Origin: Calditrichia bacterium
GTDB lineage: Bacteria; Calditrichota; Calditrichia; RBG-13-44-9; J075
DNA length: 64,000 bases
Direction of reading: 5' to 3'
Assembly: GCA_050633245.1 (NCBI GenBank)
Contig: JBOEGD010000001.1
Coordinates: 224,001 to 288,000 of the forward strand
Shown here one piece after another: positions 18,801-27,230 of this stretch. The translations under genes and the position numbers were made by a program. Below the pieces are notes generated by a model that saw only the letters and a list, made by a program, of their open reading frames with translations, had not been told where the DNA came from and ran no database searches. Each line of letters opens with the position of its first letter. The stretch's first letter is position 1.

Positions 18801-19119
18801 GCGCTCTGAAGATCTTTTGAGTATTGGTGAGTGTGAATTGATCTCCGGATTACTTTATGCAAATGTTAAAGACTACAAGTCTGCCTCCGAATGTTTTAAA
18901 GAGAGCGTTCGTATTAATTCGGAGATGAAATTTCCGGAAGGGCTTGCAGAGAGCTATCGTGCGCTCGGAGACCTGTACCTGGCGCAAGATATTGCTATAG
19001 AGGCACTCACATTTTACTCAAAAGCTGCAGAGTTATATGAAGAGATGAATTCATTGTCAAAGTTTAGTGAGCTTTCCGAGTTGGTTGCATCAATAAATGA
19101 TGCGGTTAAAATAACTTAG
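15844..19119 (+). CDS. Ser/Thr protein kinase-STAND (AAA_16-like) ATPase-TPR protein
   Basis: GHGAMG, VAIK, HRDIKPDN, DFG, APE; FVGRDSE, GQAGVGKT, LDDLQWAD, TGNP; C-terminal TPR array. Confidence 0.93.
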   Translation: MSPVNTIGRYRIRRKLGHGAMGLVYEAEDDALGRSVAIKVMHEFLSDDEVQTARFLREAKSAAFLQHPNIITIYEVGTADNVHFIAMEYVAGQSVQDLLNSGKVIPLNQTLDVVCQVLEGLQLAHQKGILHRDIKPDNILLTQSGVAKIADFGIAKMTNEQGLTADQDILGTVEFMAPEQMLGEELDARSDLYSVGIMTYQLLTGRVPFRGDSPVEVLYKQLNDQPKPPSFYNNTLSRAIDMVLFKALQKDKQQRWENASAFANALRRACDGEAVGELELLSEDAPGAQRSLFVGRDSEFNTLLGLFARCSTEEGQVALISGQAGVGKTALADYFVEMAADDGTWTLSAACLYQEGLDAYRPFLDAIKAFFREEVFRLSPEHRQALLEIIHEKIPVLSDFLDTLEDDSTSPIARTENSASKANILEGIDYLFSLLATIKPVVFILDDLQWADESTLRLFHYLARNAEHNRILIIGLMRLSSQGGEIDEAAYEVTNTISRLKREMNVSTIELAHLSESESEHLLDLLYPSNLFSAAFYREIHKQTTGNPRLLLDVMETLADSEQIFCKGEFWQEKSGKLSITLSVNLEDAFPDQLRKLSSEERELLDVASVIGYRFDLGVLASLMDMKRITLLRMLRRMEQELHIFKSSEEGMQFVYPVFRDILYNEIPFLLRQEYHLLIAEEYEEKPAEVLQAIPGDLAGHYLAGGKVVKALPLLYKAAERAFNLMAYREAAHLLDHLISLTEEKELILPDDIPSTQIYSMLGVCYEELGDRQRSLSMLTIYKEHAQQQQLIDKEADAYLKIGRVHDLLGSWDAALENYDACRELTTRHELSDGLGAVQNNIGVVYFQMGDFEKAATYFKLNTADISGIADKDRANSIAGLGILSSIRGEYEDGLAYYRSALSIYQKLQLRKNQAEAYHNIGMSFADVNETDKALQAYSTCLNLVRDFESEQLRGLTFLNMSKLHAKLSNNDEAHPLLAKARKIFQRSEDLLSIGECELISGLLYANVKDYKSASECFKESVRINSEMKFPEGLAESYRALGDLYLAQDIAIEALTFYSKAAELYEEMNSLSKFSELSELVASINDAVKIT

Positions 19120-19154
19120 ATCCAGAACTGTTTTGAAATTTGATCGGTGATAGT

Positions 19155-20141
19155 ATGTCTGAAACAATACAAGTTGATAAAGACCTGCGATTGGAAAACC
19201 AGCGTTTGCTCGCCGAGTTGGAAGATGCTTACAAAAGTATGGAGGCAATGTTAGCCCAACATTCGCATGAGAACAAAATCACCTACCAGGAACTTCTGCT
19301 TAAAGTAAATGCCTTGGAAAATCTGAACAAGGCGTTGACGGATAAAGAAAATAAGCTAATCAACTTGCAAAAAATGTCTTCGGTCGGATACTTTGTGGCC
19401 AACATTATTCACGAATTGAGTACGCCTCTAACCATCATCTCCGGTAGTGCCGAGCTCGCGCGTATGAAGGGCTGTACGCCTGCTGTGCACGATTATTTAA
19501 AAGTGATCTCTGAAAGTGTTGTGAGGCTCTACGATTTACTCGACCGTTTTCGTGGTATCTACGGCAGTGAAACAGAAACATTTAAGGTGTTTGATCTTGG
19601 CGAGCATCTGCGTTACACCATGGAAACCGTTTCGATTATAATGCCGTCTCATATAAATCTGGAATTGACAATTCCTGATAGGGCAATTCCGGTTGAGGGG
19701 GATTCTGATCAGCTTATGCAAATCTACCTTAATATTTGTAAAAATGCCTTTGATGAGCTGCTTAACTGCGGCAACAGCTTGAGTGTTAAGGTCATAACTC
19801 TGCCCGCGAAGCAGTTACATGAAGAATTCAACGATACATATGCCTTTAGCCAGACTAGTACAGACTGGAGAAACATTGTTTCGCATCATGAGCAATTTGC
19901 TGCTGTGCGTTTTGGAGACAATGGTGGTGGTATTGCGCAAGAGCGTCTTCACAGAGTATTTGAAGCCTATCATACGTCGAAGCCTGAAGGAGAAGGCACC
20001 GGGTTAGGGCTTTCGATTTCTTCAGATATTATAACCAGACATAATGGCAATCTTGGCGTAGCCTCGGAAGAGGGAGTGGGGACTGAGTTTGTGGTATTAG
20101 TCCCGCTTGCCAGTCAATCTGATGGGAGAGAAAAGACATGA
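19155..20141 (+). CDS. Cytoplasmic histidine kinase lacking a recognisable sensor domain
   Basis: Coiled coil, HELSTPL H-box, NICKNA, DNGGGI, GTGLGL. Confidence 0.9.
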   Translation: MSETIQVDKDLRLENQRLLAELEDAYKSMEAMLAQHSHENKITYQELLLKVNALENLNKALTDKENKLINLQKMSSVGYFVANIIHELSTPLTIISGSAELARMKGCTPAVHDYLKVISESVVRLYDLLDRFRGIYGSETETFKVFDLGEHLRYTMETVSIIMPSHINLELTIPDRAIPVEGDSDQLMQIYLNICKNAFDELLNCGNSLSVKVITLPAKQLHEEFNDTYAFSQTSTDWRNIVSHHEQFAAVRFGDNGGGIAQERLHRVFEAYHTSKPEGEGTGLGLSISSDIITRHNGNLGVASEEGVGTEFVVLVPLASQSDGREKT

Positions 20142-20422
20142 CAATTACATGTAAGAAGTGCAGCAATAGCATGGAGCAGGCAGATAAATTCTGTGGGGCC
20201 TGTGGTGCCCCGAAAGAAAAGAATGTCGCCCCGCTGTTGGGAACCAAGGTCGATATGCAGCTCAGCGATATTCGCTACAATCTGGCGCAGGTTTATGTAA
20301 AAAAAGGCGACTTTCAAAAAGCACTGAACGTTTTCGAAAAGCTGCTGGAAGAAAATCCTGACAACTCGGAAATCCAGCTTCAGATAAATAGTCTAAAGAG
20401 TATGCTCGAAGTGAGCTCATAA
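20138..20422 (+). CDS. Zinc-ribbon + TPR small protein
   Basis: CKKC...FCGACG; YNLAQVYVKKGDFQKAL..FEKLLEENPDN. Confidence 0.85.
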   Translation: MTITCKKCSNSMEQADKFCGACGAPKEKNVAPLLGTKVDMQLSDIRYNLAQVYVKKGDFQKALNVFEKLLEENPDNSEIQLQINSLKSMLEVSS

Positions 20423-20441
20423 TACGATACCGGGGTCTGTT

Positions 20442-20831
20442 ATGCAAAAACATAGATGTGAAGAATGTAGTCACCTTAATAAAGAATCTAATCAGTTCTG
20501 CAGCAATTGCGGCGTTTCGCTAAATGATGAGCTAAAATATGGTCCACGATTGGTAATGATCTACGGAGACAATAACGAGGTGATTTTTCCTTTACGGGAA
20601 GACTATGTATCTATCGGAAGAGATAGTGAAAATCACATTGTTTTGGGCGACGAAAAAATCTCAAAAAATCATGCTGCAATCGTAAAAACGGACGACTTTT
20701 TTGCTATTAAAGATTTGGATAGCCGCAACGGTGTCTACGTGAACGGAACGAAAGTTGAAACGTTGCAAAAAATCTCCGGCGAAAGCCTGATTAAGCTCGG
20801 CTTTACGTTTCTTCGATTTAAGGAGAATTGA
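20442..20831 (+). CDS. Zinc-ribbon + FHA domain protein
   Basis: CEEC...FCSNCG; FHA residues IGR, SKNH, SRNG intact. Confidence 0.9.
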   Translation: MQKHRCEECSHLNKESNQFCSNCGVSLNDELKYGPRLVMIYGDNNEVIFPLREDYVSIGRDSENHIVLGDEKISKNHAAIVKTDDFFAIKDLDSRNGVYVNGTKVETLQKISGESLIKLGFTFLRFKEN

Positions 20832-20876
20832 CAGAAAAAAACAGGATGTGGGATAATTTTCCTGGGAGGGAACACA

Positions 20877-22517
20877 ATGAAATGTAACGGATTCTATAAA
20901 ACTATTGTTCTACTGACTTTTTTCTTCTGCTTTGCCTGCCAACAAAATGAAGAAACCAACCACGATGGAACCGCTTCACAACCTACACCCGGCGGCACCC
21001 TGATTGTTGGTATTCCGCAGGACATAGACACCTTCAATCCGCTCTTTAGCGAATCGATGGTTGCCAGCGAGATTACCCATTTATTGCTTCCCGGGCTTGC
21101 TGACCTCGATGCCAAGTCTCGTTTTGTGCCACAAACTTCTTCCTCCTGGAAATACTCCGATGGCGGCAAAAAGCTAACATATTTCCTGCACAAAAACGTA
21201 CGCTGGACCGATGGGACTCCCCTTACTGCCTCCGATGTGGTTTTTACATATGAACTATTAAAAGATGAGCGCGTTGGTAGTCCGAAACGCCAGTGGGTAG
21301 AGCTGATAGAAAAAGTTGAGGCCATTGACTCGTTTCAGGTGATGTTTACTTTTGCCCAGCCTTACCCGCTGAGTATCTTCGATACTGCTGGTGAGATACT
21401 CCCCAGGCATTACCTGATAAATGCTGAACGCACTCAGCTGAACTCTCATGCTTTTGGCAGAGAGCCGCTCTCATTTGGTCCGTATTTTCTGAAGCGCTGG
21501 AAGACCAGGCAGTTTATCGAACTCGCTGCAAATGACAACTTCTTTCGGGCTTCGCCATTTTTAAAAAGCCTCTTTTTTAAAGTGATTCCGGACGAGAACA
21601 ATCTGCTTATCCAGCTGCAAACCGGTGAAATTGATATGGCGATTGATGTGCCTGTTGATAAGGTTAAAGAAACGGTTTTAGCCAATCCCAATTTGAATGT
21701 CTACCCGCTATCTGGCCGTCTCTACTATTATCTCGGATACAATGAGGCACAGAAAAAGTTTGCTTCAACTCGTGTTCGCAGGGCTCTTACAATGGCCGTA
21801 AACCGCCAAATGATGATCGATGCCTTACTGGACGGCTATGGTCGTATTTGTCTCGGTCCCATTCCTCCAATGTTGTCGTGGGCATATAACGACACCATTC
21901 AGGAGATTCCGTTTAATCAGCAGCAGGCTAAAAAGCTGCTTGCCGAGGAAGGGTGGATCGATAGCGACGGAGACGGATGGTTAGATAAGGATGGCGATAC
22001 GTTTAATTTTGTTCTGAATACCGATGCCGGTAATGGTCGAAAGAAGGATATAGCCGTTGTTATTCAGGATCAGCTTAGGCAAATAGGGGTTAAAGTAGAT
22101 ATTAACCTTTTGGAATGGGGCAGCTTGATTAATCGTTTGGGAAAGCGCGATTTTGAAGCGTATATCGGTGGCTGGAATACCCCTGTCTATATTGATCCGA
22201 CGCCGATTTTTCACTCTTCCTCTGTCGATCTGTTTAATCATGGTGGCTACGCCAATTCCCGCGTAGATGAATTAATCGAGCAGGGGAGAGAGGAACTGGA
22301 TCAGAATAAAGCGGGTGAAATTTGGAAAGAGCTGCAGGCTATTATTTATAGCGAACAGCACTATAATTTCCTGTTTTGGGTCGATCGTCTGGTTCTTATC
22401 GATAAGCGCTTTAAAAACGTTACACCTATTCCGCTTAGCGCACTCTACAATATCGAAAATTGGTATGACGCCTCCCAGTCTCTGAAACATTTGACAGCCG
22501 CCGCCGATGGTGACTGA
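20877..22517 (+). CDS. Peptide ABC transporter substrate-binding lipoprotein (family 5, OppA/DppA/AppA-like)
   Basis: Lipobox FAC; WTDGTPLTASDVVFT; RVRRAL..AVNR; GW.DSDGDGWLDKDG. Confidence 0.93.
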   Translation: MKCNGFYKTIVLLTFFFCFACQQNEETNHDGTASQPTPGGTLIVGIPQDIDTFNPLFSESMVASEITHLLLPGLADLDAKSRFVPQTSSSWKYSDGGKKLTYFLHKNVRWTDGTPLTASDVVFTYELLKDERVGSPKRQWVELIEKVEAIDSFQVMFTFAQPYPLSIFDTAGEILPRHYLINAERTQLNSHAFGREPLSFGPYFLKRWKTRQFIELAANDNFFRASPFLKSLFFKVIPDENNLLIQLQTGEIDMAIDVPVDKVKETVLANPNLNVYPLSGRLYYYLGYNEAQKKFASTRVRRALTMAVNRQMMIDALLDGYGRICLGPIPPMLSWAYNDTIQEIPFNQQQAKKLLAEEGWIDSDGDGWLDKDGDTFNFVLNTDAGNGRKKDIAVVIQDQLRQIGVKVDINLLEWGSLINRLGKRDFEAYIGGWNTPVYIDPTPIFHSSSVDLFNHGGYANSRVDELIEQGREELDQNKAGEIWKELQAIIYSEQHYNFLFWVDRLVLIDKRFKNVTPIPLSALYNIENWYDASQSLKHLTAAADGD

Positions 22518-23352
22518 TTTCGAAGACATGGATAACAATTTCAGAGTGGGTTCCAGTGGGGCTCAGCTGAACTCAAACTTGCTGTCTGTTCATCAACTTA
22601 CGCTCGGGATTGCAGGAAGAAAATCCCGAATAACGCTGTTGGAAGATATTTCTTTTTCTCTTAAAGAGGGGGAATGCCTTGGGGTTATCGGCGAGTCTGG
22701 TGCGGGAAAAAGTATGTTGGCACATGTGCTATTAGGTGTTCAGCCGGCAGATGCGCAAGTTGCCTCAGGTTTCATCTGCTTTGCCAACAAACTACTTAAT
22801 CCTGAAAACCCTAAAGACTGGCAATCGATTCGTGGCAATGAAATATCTATGGTTTTTCAAAATGCAGCGGAAGCATTAAATCCGCTGATTACTGTTGGAA
22901 AACAGGTTCAAAGGGTAATTGCAACTCACGGCTCGATGTCTGATTCCATGGCGCACAAACGGGTTTTATACCTATTTGAAGAGATGAATCTCAATAATCC
23001 GGAAATGGTTTTTAACTGTTTCCCGCATCAGCTAAGCGGTGGCATGAATCAACGTGTTATGTTGGCTATGGCACTTTGCGGTTCCCCACGCCTTGTTATT
23101 GCTGATGAACCAACTTCTGCGCTCGACAATGAATCCCGCGATAGAGTGCTTTCTCTGCTTGCGGCCTTTAAAAAAAAGCTTGGTTTCGCGCTTATCTTTA
23201 TTACACACAACATCGAGCTCGCGGCTGGTATTGCAGACTCGCTTGTGGTAATGAAAGACGGACGAATTGTTGAACAAGGTGTTTCCGACGTTCTGCTGAC
23301 AGCCCCAACTCATCACTACACCATGCAGATATTAGACGGGCAGCTTCCATGA
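22507..23352 (+). CDS. Oligopeptide ABC transporter ATPase (DppD/OppD-like)
   Basis: GESGAGKS, FPHQLSGGMNQR, IADEPTSALD. Confidence 0.92.
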   Translation: MVTDFEDMDNNFRVGSSGAQLNSNLLSVHQLTLGIAGRKSRITLLEDISFSLKEGECLGVIGESGAGKSMLAHVLLGVQPADAQVASGFICFANKLLNPENPKDWQSIRGNEISMVFQNAAEALNPLITVGKQVQRVIATHGSMSDSMAHKRVLYLFEEMNLNNPEMVFNCFPHQLSGGMNQRVMLAMALCGSPRLVIADEPTSALDNESRDRVLSLLAAFKKKLGFALIFITHNIELAAGIADSLVVMKDGRIVEQGVSDVLLTAPTHHYTMQILDGQLP

Positions 23353-24134
23353 TAGCAGATAATGTGTCTCCGGTATTGTGCATTCAAAATTTGTGCAAAA
23401 GTTATCAGCAAAGTCATCGGATGCTGTCTGCATCGGATCGTTTTTACGCCATCAGAGATGTTAGCCTGGAGTTATTTAAGGGCGAGTTTGTTGCTCTTTC
23501 CGGGCCTTCCGGAAGTGGAAAGTCGACGTTGGGTCGCTGCATTGTATCGCAAGTGCAACCAGACTCCGGCGCCGTTATCTATTGCGGTGAGGATCTCTCA
23601 CACTTAACCGGAAAACAACTTGCCCATCGACGCAAATGTATTCAGTATATCTTTCAAAATGGCGCAGGAGCGCTTAATCCACGACAATCAATTGCCGGTT
23701 GCTTGAAGGAGGCTATTGCTGCAAATACGTCTTCTGCTGAGCATGCAACAGTTGCCGGACTGCTTGAGATGGTTGGATTAACTTCATCCTTAGAAAGTCG
23801 TTATCCGCATCAGCTTAGCGGAGGTCAGCAGCAGCGAGTTTGTATTGCGCGTGCATTGTCCGTTCACCCGCGTATAATAATTGCCGATGAACCGACCTCA
23901 GCGCTCGATGCTCCGCGGCGCAGGCAAATTGTTCAGTTGTTTTTGACATTGCAGCAGCGCCTTAATTTAACGATTCTCTGGATTACGCACGATCTTGCAG
24001 CCGTAGAACAACATGCTGATCGCATATTGCTTATGGATTGTGGCAGATTGAAGTCAGAACATTCATCGTGTAATGTCAATTCTGCAGTACTTCATCCTGG
24101 ACCGGAAACTATACCGACAGGTGAAGACCAGTGA
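23349..24134 (+). CDS. Oligopeptide ABC transporter ATPase (DppF/OppF-like)
   Basis: GPSGSGKST, YPHQLSGGQQQR, ADEPTSALD. Confidence 0.92.
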   Translation: MIADNVSPVLCIQNLCKSYQQSHRMLSASDRFYAIRDVSLELFKGEFVALSGPSGSGKSTLGRCIVSQVQPDSGAVIYCGEDLSHLTGKQLAHRRKCIQYIFQNGAGALNPRQSIAGCLKEAIAANTSSAEHATVAGLLEMVGLTSSLESRYPHQLSGGQQQRVCIARALSVHPRIIIADEPTSALDAPRRRQIVQLFLTLQQRLNLTILWITHDLAAVEQHADRILLMDCGRLKSEHSSCNVNSAVLHPGPETIPTGEDQ

Positions 24135-25105
24135 TTCGCTACATCTTATACCGTTCTGGTTATTCTCTACTGCTTGTTTGGGGCATAGTCACCTTTACTT
24201 TCCTTCTGCTAAACGCAGTGCCGGGAGATCCGTCTACAATTTATTTACGACCGGATATCGATGCAGAAACCCTTTATTACCTGCGAAAGCATATGGGACT
24301 GGATCTGCCTATTTGGCAACGCTATTGGAATTGGCTTTTCGCGGCATCAAAAGGAATTCTGGGCATTTCATTTACGCATCACCGGCCGGTTCTCGATCTG
24401 CTTGCTGAAGCTTTGCCCAATACGCTGAGACTAACTATAGTTGTTTTTTTTCTGCAGCTGTTTGGAGGAATTGGTCTTGCCATCGTGATGGCCCTGATTC
24501 GTCGGCCGGTTATTCTAAAAGGCATAGAGTCTACTTTGGCCATTTGCTATTCTCTCCCCGGTTTTGTAATTGCATTATTTCTGATTTATGTGTTCTCGTA
24601 TCAGCTCAATTGGTTGCCTTCAGGTCAGATGCAAAGCATGTTGCCAACCGAAGGGCGTGGATATTTAGGCGATTTGTTTCGGCATACTCTTTTACCGGCG
24701 TTGGCGTTTGCCATTCCGCTTGGTGCGTTTACAGCAAGACTCACCTATGGCAACCTGTGCGAAGTGCTATCAAAACCCTATATTCGAACGGCTCAGGCTT
24801 ATGGCATTTCCCGCACACGCATACTCTTTTCCGATGCCCTGCGAAATGCCCTGCTTCCTTTAATTACAATGTCCGGACTATTCTTTCCGGTTTTGCTGGG
24901 CGGTTCGGTTATTATAGAAAATGTTTTTGCATGGCCGGGTATGGGAACAATTGCTGTTCAGGCAGTGCATGCCTATGACTATCCGGTAATAATAGCAGTC
25001 TCAATTATCTCTGCCATATCAATTGTTATTGGCAATCTGCTTGCGGATATCCTTTACGTAGTATGCGATCCGCGCATAAACCTTCACAATCAGGTTCAGG
25101 TATGA
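24131..25105 (+). CDS. Oligopeptide ABC permease (DppB/OppB-like)
   Basis: PGDP, GLDLP...Y..W, YIRTA.AYG, IENVFAWPGMG. Confidence 0.93.
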   Translation: MIRYILYRSGYSLLLVWGIVTFTFLLLNAVPGDPSTIYLRPDIDAETLYYLRKHMGLDLPIWQRYWNWLFAASKGILGISFTHHRPVLDLLAEALPNTLRLTIVVFFLQLFGGIGLAIVMALIRRPVILKGIESTLAICYSLPGFVIALFLIYVFSYQLNWLPSGQMQSMLPTEGRGYLGDLFRHTLLPALAFAIPLGAFTARLTYGNLCEVLSKPYIRTAQAYGISRTRILFSDALRNALLPLITMSGLFFPVLLGGSVIIENVFAWPGMGTIAVQAVHAYDYPVIIAVSIISAISIVIGNLLADILYVVCDPRINLHNQVQV

Positions 25106-25956
25106 GTTACTTGTATCTCAGCAATCTGGTTCATTCAGCCCGGGCGAAACGAGAGTCTGTTGCGAGTAATCCGATCCTTTGGCTTGCCGGTGCAGCTCTT
25201 TTTACCTTATTGCTGATCAGCTTTTCCAGCACAATGATGCTTGCCATTGATCCATTTCAACACGGAGATTTGTTGATGGATCGCTATAAGCCACCCTCTT
25301 ATGAGCATCTTTTTGGAACCGACAAGTTTGGTCGGGACGTTTTAGCAAGAACTCTCTATGGCGCACGCATATCATTGCTAATAGCTATTGGCGTGGTTTT
25401 GGTCGCTTTTTTTATTGGCACGTTGTATGGCCTTATTTCGGGCTATGCCGGGGGCTGGCTAGATCAAGGGATGATGTATGTGCTGGATTTTTTGCTGGCA
25501 TTTCCAGCAATCTTCTTACTCATGTTCTTACTTGCAATGTTTCAAATGAATCATTGGTGGCTTATTCCCATTCTTGGATTAACAGGCTGGATGGAAACAG
25601 CAAGATTGGTGCGAGCTGAGGTGCTCACCGTAAAGGAACGCGATTTCATGCATGCGGCAATTGGTTTAGGTTTATCGCGCTGGCGGATTATCAGTAGACA
25701 TATTTTGCCAAACGTGCTCACATCTGTTCTGATTACAATTCCGTTTAAGGTTGCAGACGTCATTCTTCTGGAATCGGCACTCAGCTTTTTGGGGCTCGGC
25801 GTCCAACCTCCAATCCCAAGTTGGGGGAATTTGATAAATGACGGCCGAAGTGTCTTGTTGAGCGCGTGGTGGATTTCTACAGCACCTGCATTGTTCATAT
25901 TATTCACTACCCTTATCTTTAATGTGATTGGAGATCGTCTGCGGAAACAGCTATGA
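25102..25956 (+). CDS. Oligopeptide ABC permease (DppC/OppC-like)
   Basis: HLFGTDKFGRD, ESALSFLGLG..PP.PSWG; ATGA overlap with upstream gene. Confidence 0.93.
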   Translation: MSYLYLSNLVHSARAKRESVASNPILWLAGAALFTLLLISFSSTMMLAIDPFQHGDLLMDRYKPPSYEHLFGTDKFGRDVLARTLYGARISLLIAIGVVLVAFFIGTLYGLISGYAGGWLDQGMMYVLDFLLAFPAIFLLMFLLAMFQMNHWWLIPILGLTGWMETARLVRAEVLTVKERDFMHAAIGLGLSRWRIISRHILPNVLTSVLITIPFKVADVILLESALSFLGLGVQPPIPSWGNLINDGRSVLLSAWWISTAPALFILFTTLIFNVIGDRLRKQL

Positions 25957-26051
25957 CAATTTTCCGTCGCTGCTGAAAAGAGGTATAAAATTGTCATATT
26001 CCTGCCAATTTCATCCGACACTATTACTGGAGACTTAGAAAAGAGGTAAGG

Positions 26052-27074
26052 TTGAAAAAAACGAGTCGAAATACCTTTGATCACATGATTGTTGGCGAAT
26101 CGCGTGCCATAAGAGACGTTATTTCTAAAGCGAAACAGCTTGCTGTACGTGGAACGGTTACTACACTTATTACCGGTGAAAGCGGTACGGGTAAGGAACT
26201 TTTTGCCCGTCTTATTCACGCTGCCGGCCCCCACGCGCATCAACCGTTTGTAGACATTAACTGTGGCGCTATTCCGGAGTCTTTGCTGGAGTCTGAACTC
26301 TTTGGTTATGAAAAAGGCGCGTTTACCGGGGCGGAAAACCGCAAGCCGGGTCTCTTTGAACTCGCGAATAAGGGCACTATTTTTCTAGACGAAATTGGTA
26401 ATACGAATCTGACTTTTCAAATAAAGTTGCTTAAGGCCGTTGAGCAAAAGCGCTTTCGTCGAATTGGGGGAATTGATGAGGTTCAGATTACCACAAGAAT
26501 TATTGCTGCGACGAATGTTGATTTACAGAAAGCTGTCAGTTCCGGAAAGTTTCGTGAAGATCTTTACTATCGTTTGAATGTCTGTGAGGTAAAGCTCCCG
26601 CCTCTGCGTGAACGGAGTGACGATTCCGCTTTAATCGCTTCGCATCTTCTTGAGCACTTTCGCGTACAATACGATCGACAGAACCTGGAGTTTAGTGAAG
26701 ATGCCCTTGAAGCTATCCGCGATTATCATTGGCCGGGCAATGTGCGACAATTGAAAAACAGCATAGAAAGAACGGTCCTTCAGAGCAATGATAGTGTTAT
26801 TACGGCTGAGGAGCTGGCCTTGCAAGGGAAGCGCAAAGATCGATCGCCTAAACAACCAGCTGTTGATACGAAGACATCTCGCCAAGACCCTCCCTGGACA
26901 ATACCTGATGAAGGGATTTCACTGGAAGATGTTGAAAGGAAGCTGATTTTAAGTGCGCTGAATAAGTGCTCCGGGAACCTCAGCAAGGCTGCACGCTTAT
27001 TGCATATTAAACGTGGAAAACTCCGCTATCGCCTCGATAAACTTTGTATCGATTATTCTAACGAGTTGGCCTGA
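26052..27074 (+). CDS. sigma54-dependent enhancer-binding protein with no N-terminal regulatory domain
   Basis: GESGTGKE, GAFTGA, FLDEIG, WPGNVRQL, Fis HTH; in-frame stop at 25986 precludes a longer N-terminus. Confidence 0.93.
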   Translation: MKKTSRNTFDHMIVGESRAIRDVISKAKQLAVRGTVTTLITGESGTGKELFARLIHAAGPHAHQPFVDINCGAIPESLLESELFGYEKGAFTGAENRKPGLFELANKGTIFLDEIGNTNLTFQIKLLKAVEQKRFRRIGGIDEVQITTRIIAATNVDLQKAVSSGKFREDLYYRLNVCEVKLPPLRERSDDSALIASHLLEHFRVQYDRQNLEFSEDALEAIRDYHWPGNVRQLKNSIERTVLQSNDSVITAEELALQGKRKDRSPKQPAVDTKTSRQDPPWTIPDEGISLEDVERKLILSALNKCSGNLSKAARLLHIKRGKLRYRLDKLCIDYSNELA

Positions 27075-27230
27075 TTATCATTCTCCATCCAGGCCTGACA
27101 ATTTTTTTGAACCCTTCTTTCTACATATGTATTTTTGTCTTTCGTTCTGTATCGATCCTGAATTTCTTGCATCTAATAATTGATATCCCTACGTATTTAT
27201 TGCATATTACGGTTAAACCGGAAAACACTT

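Noticed and set aside
25551-26243. 230-aa antisense ORF and the many other short antisense ORFs in the track
   Set aside because: Shadows of well-supported genes; no motifs or RBS
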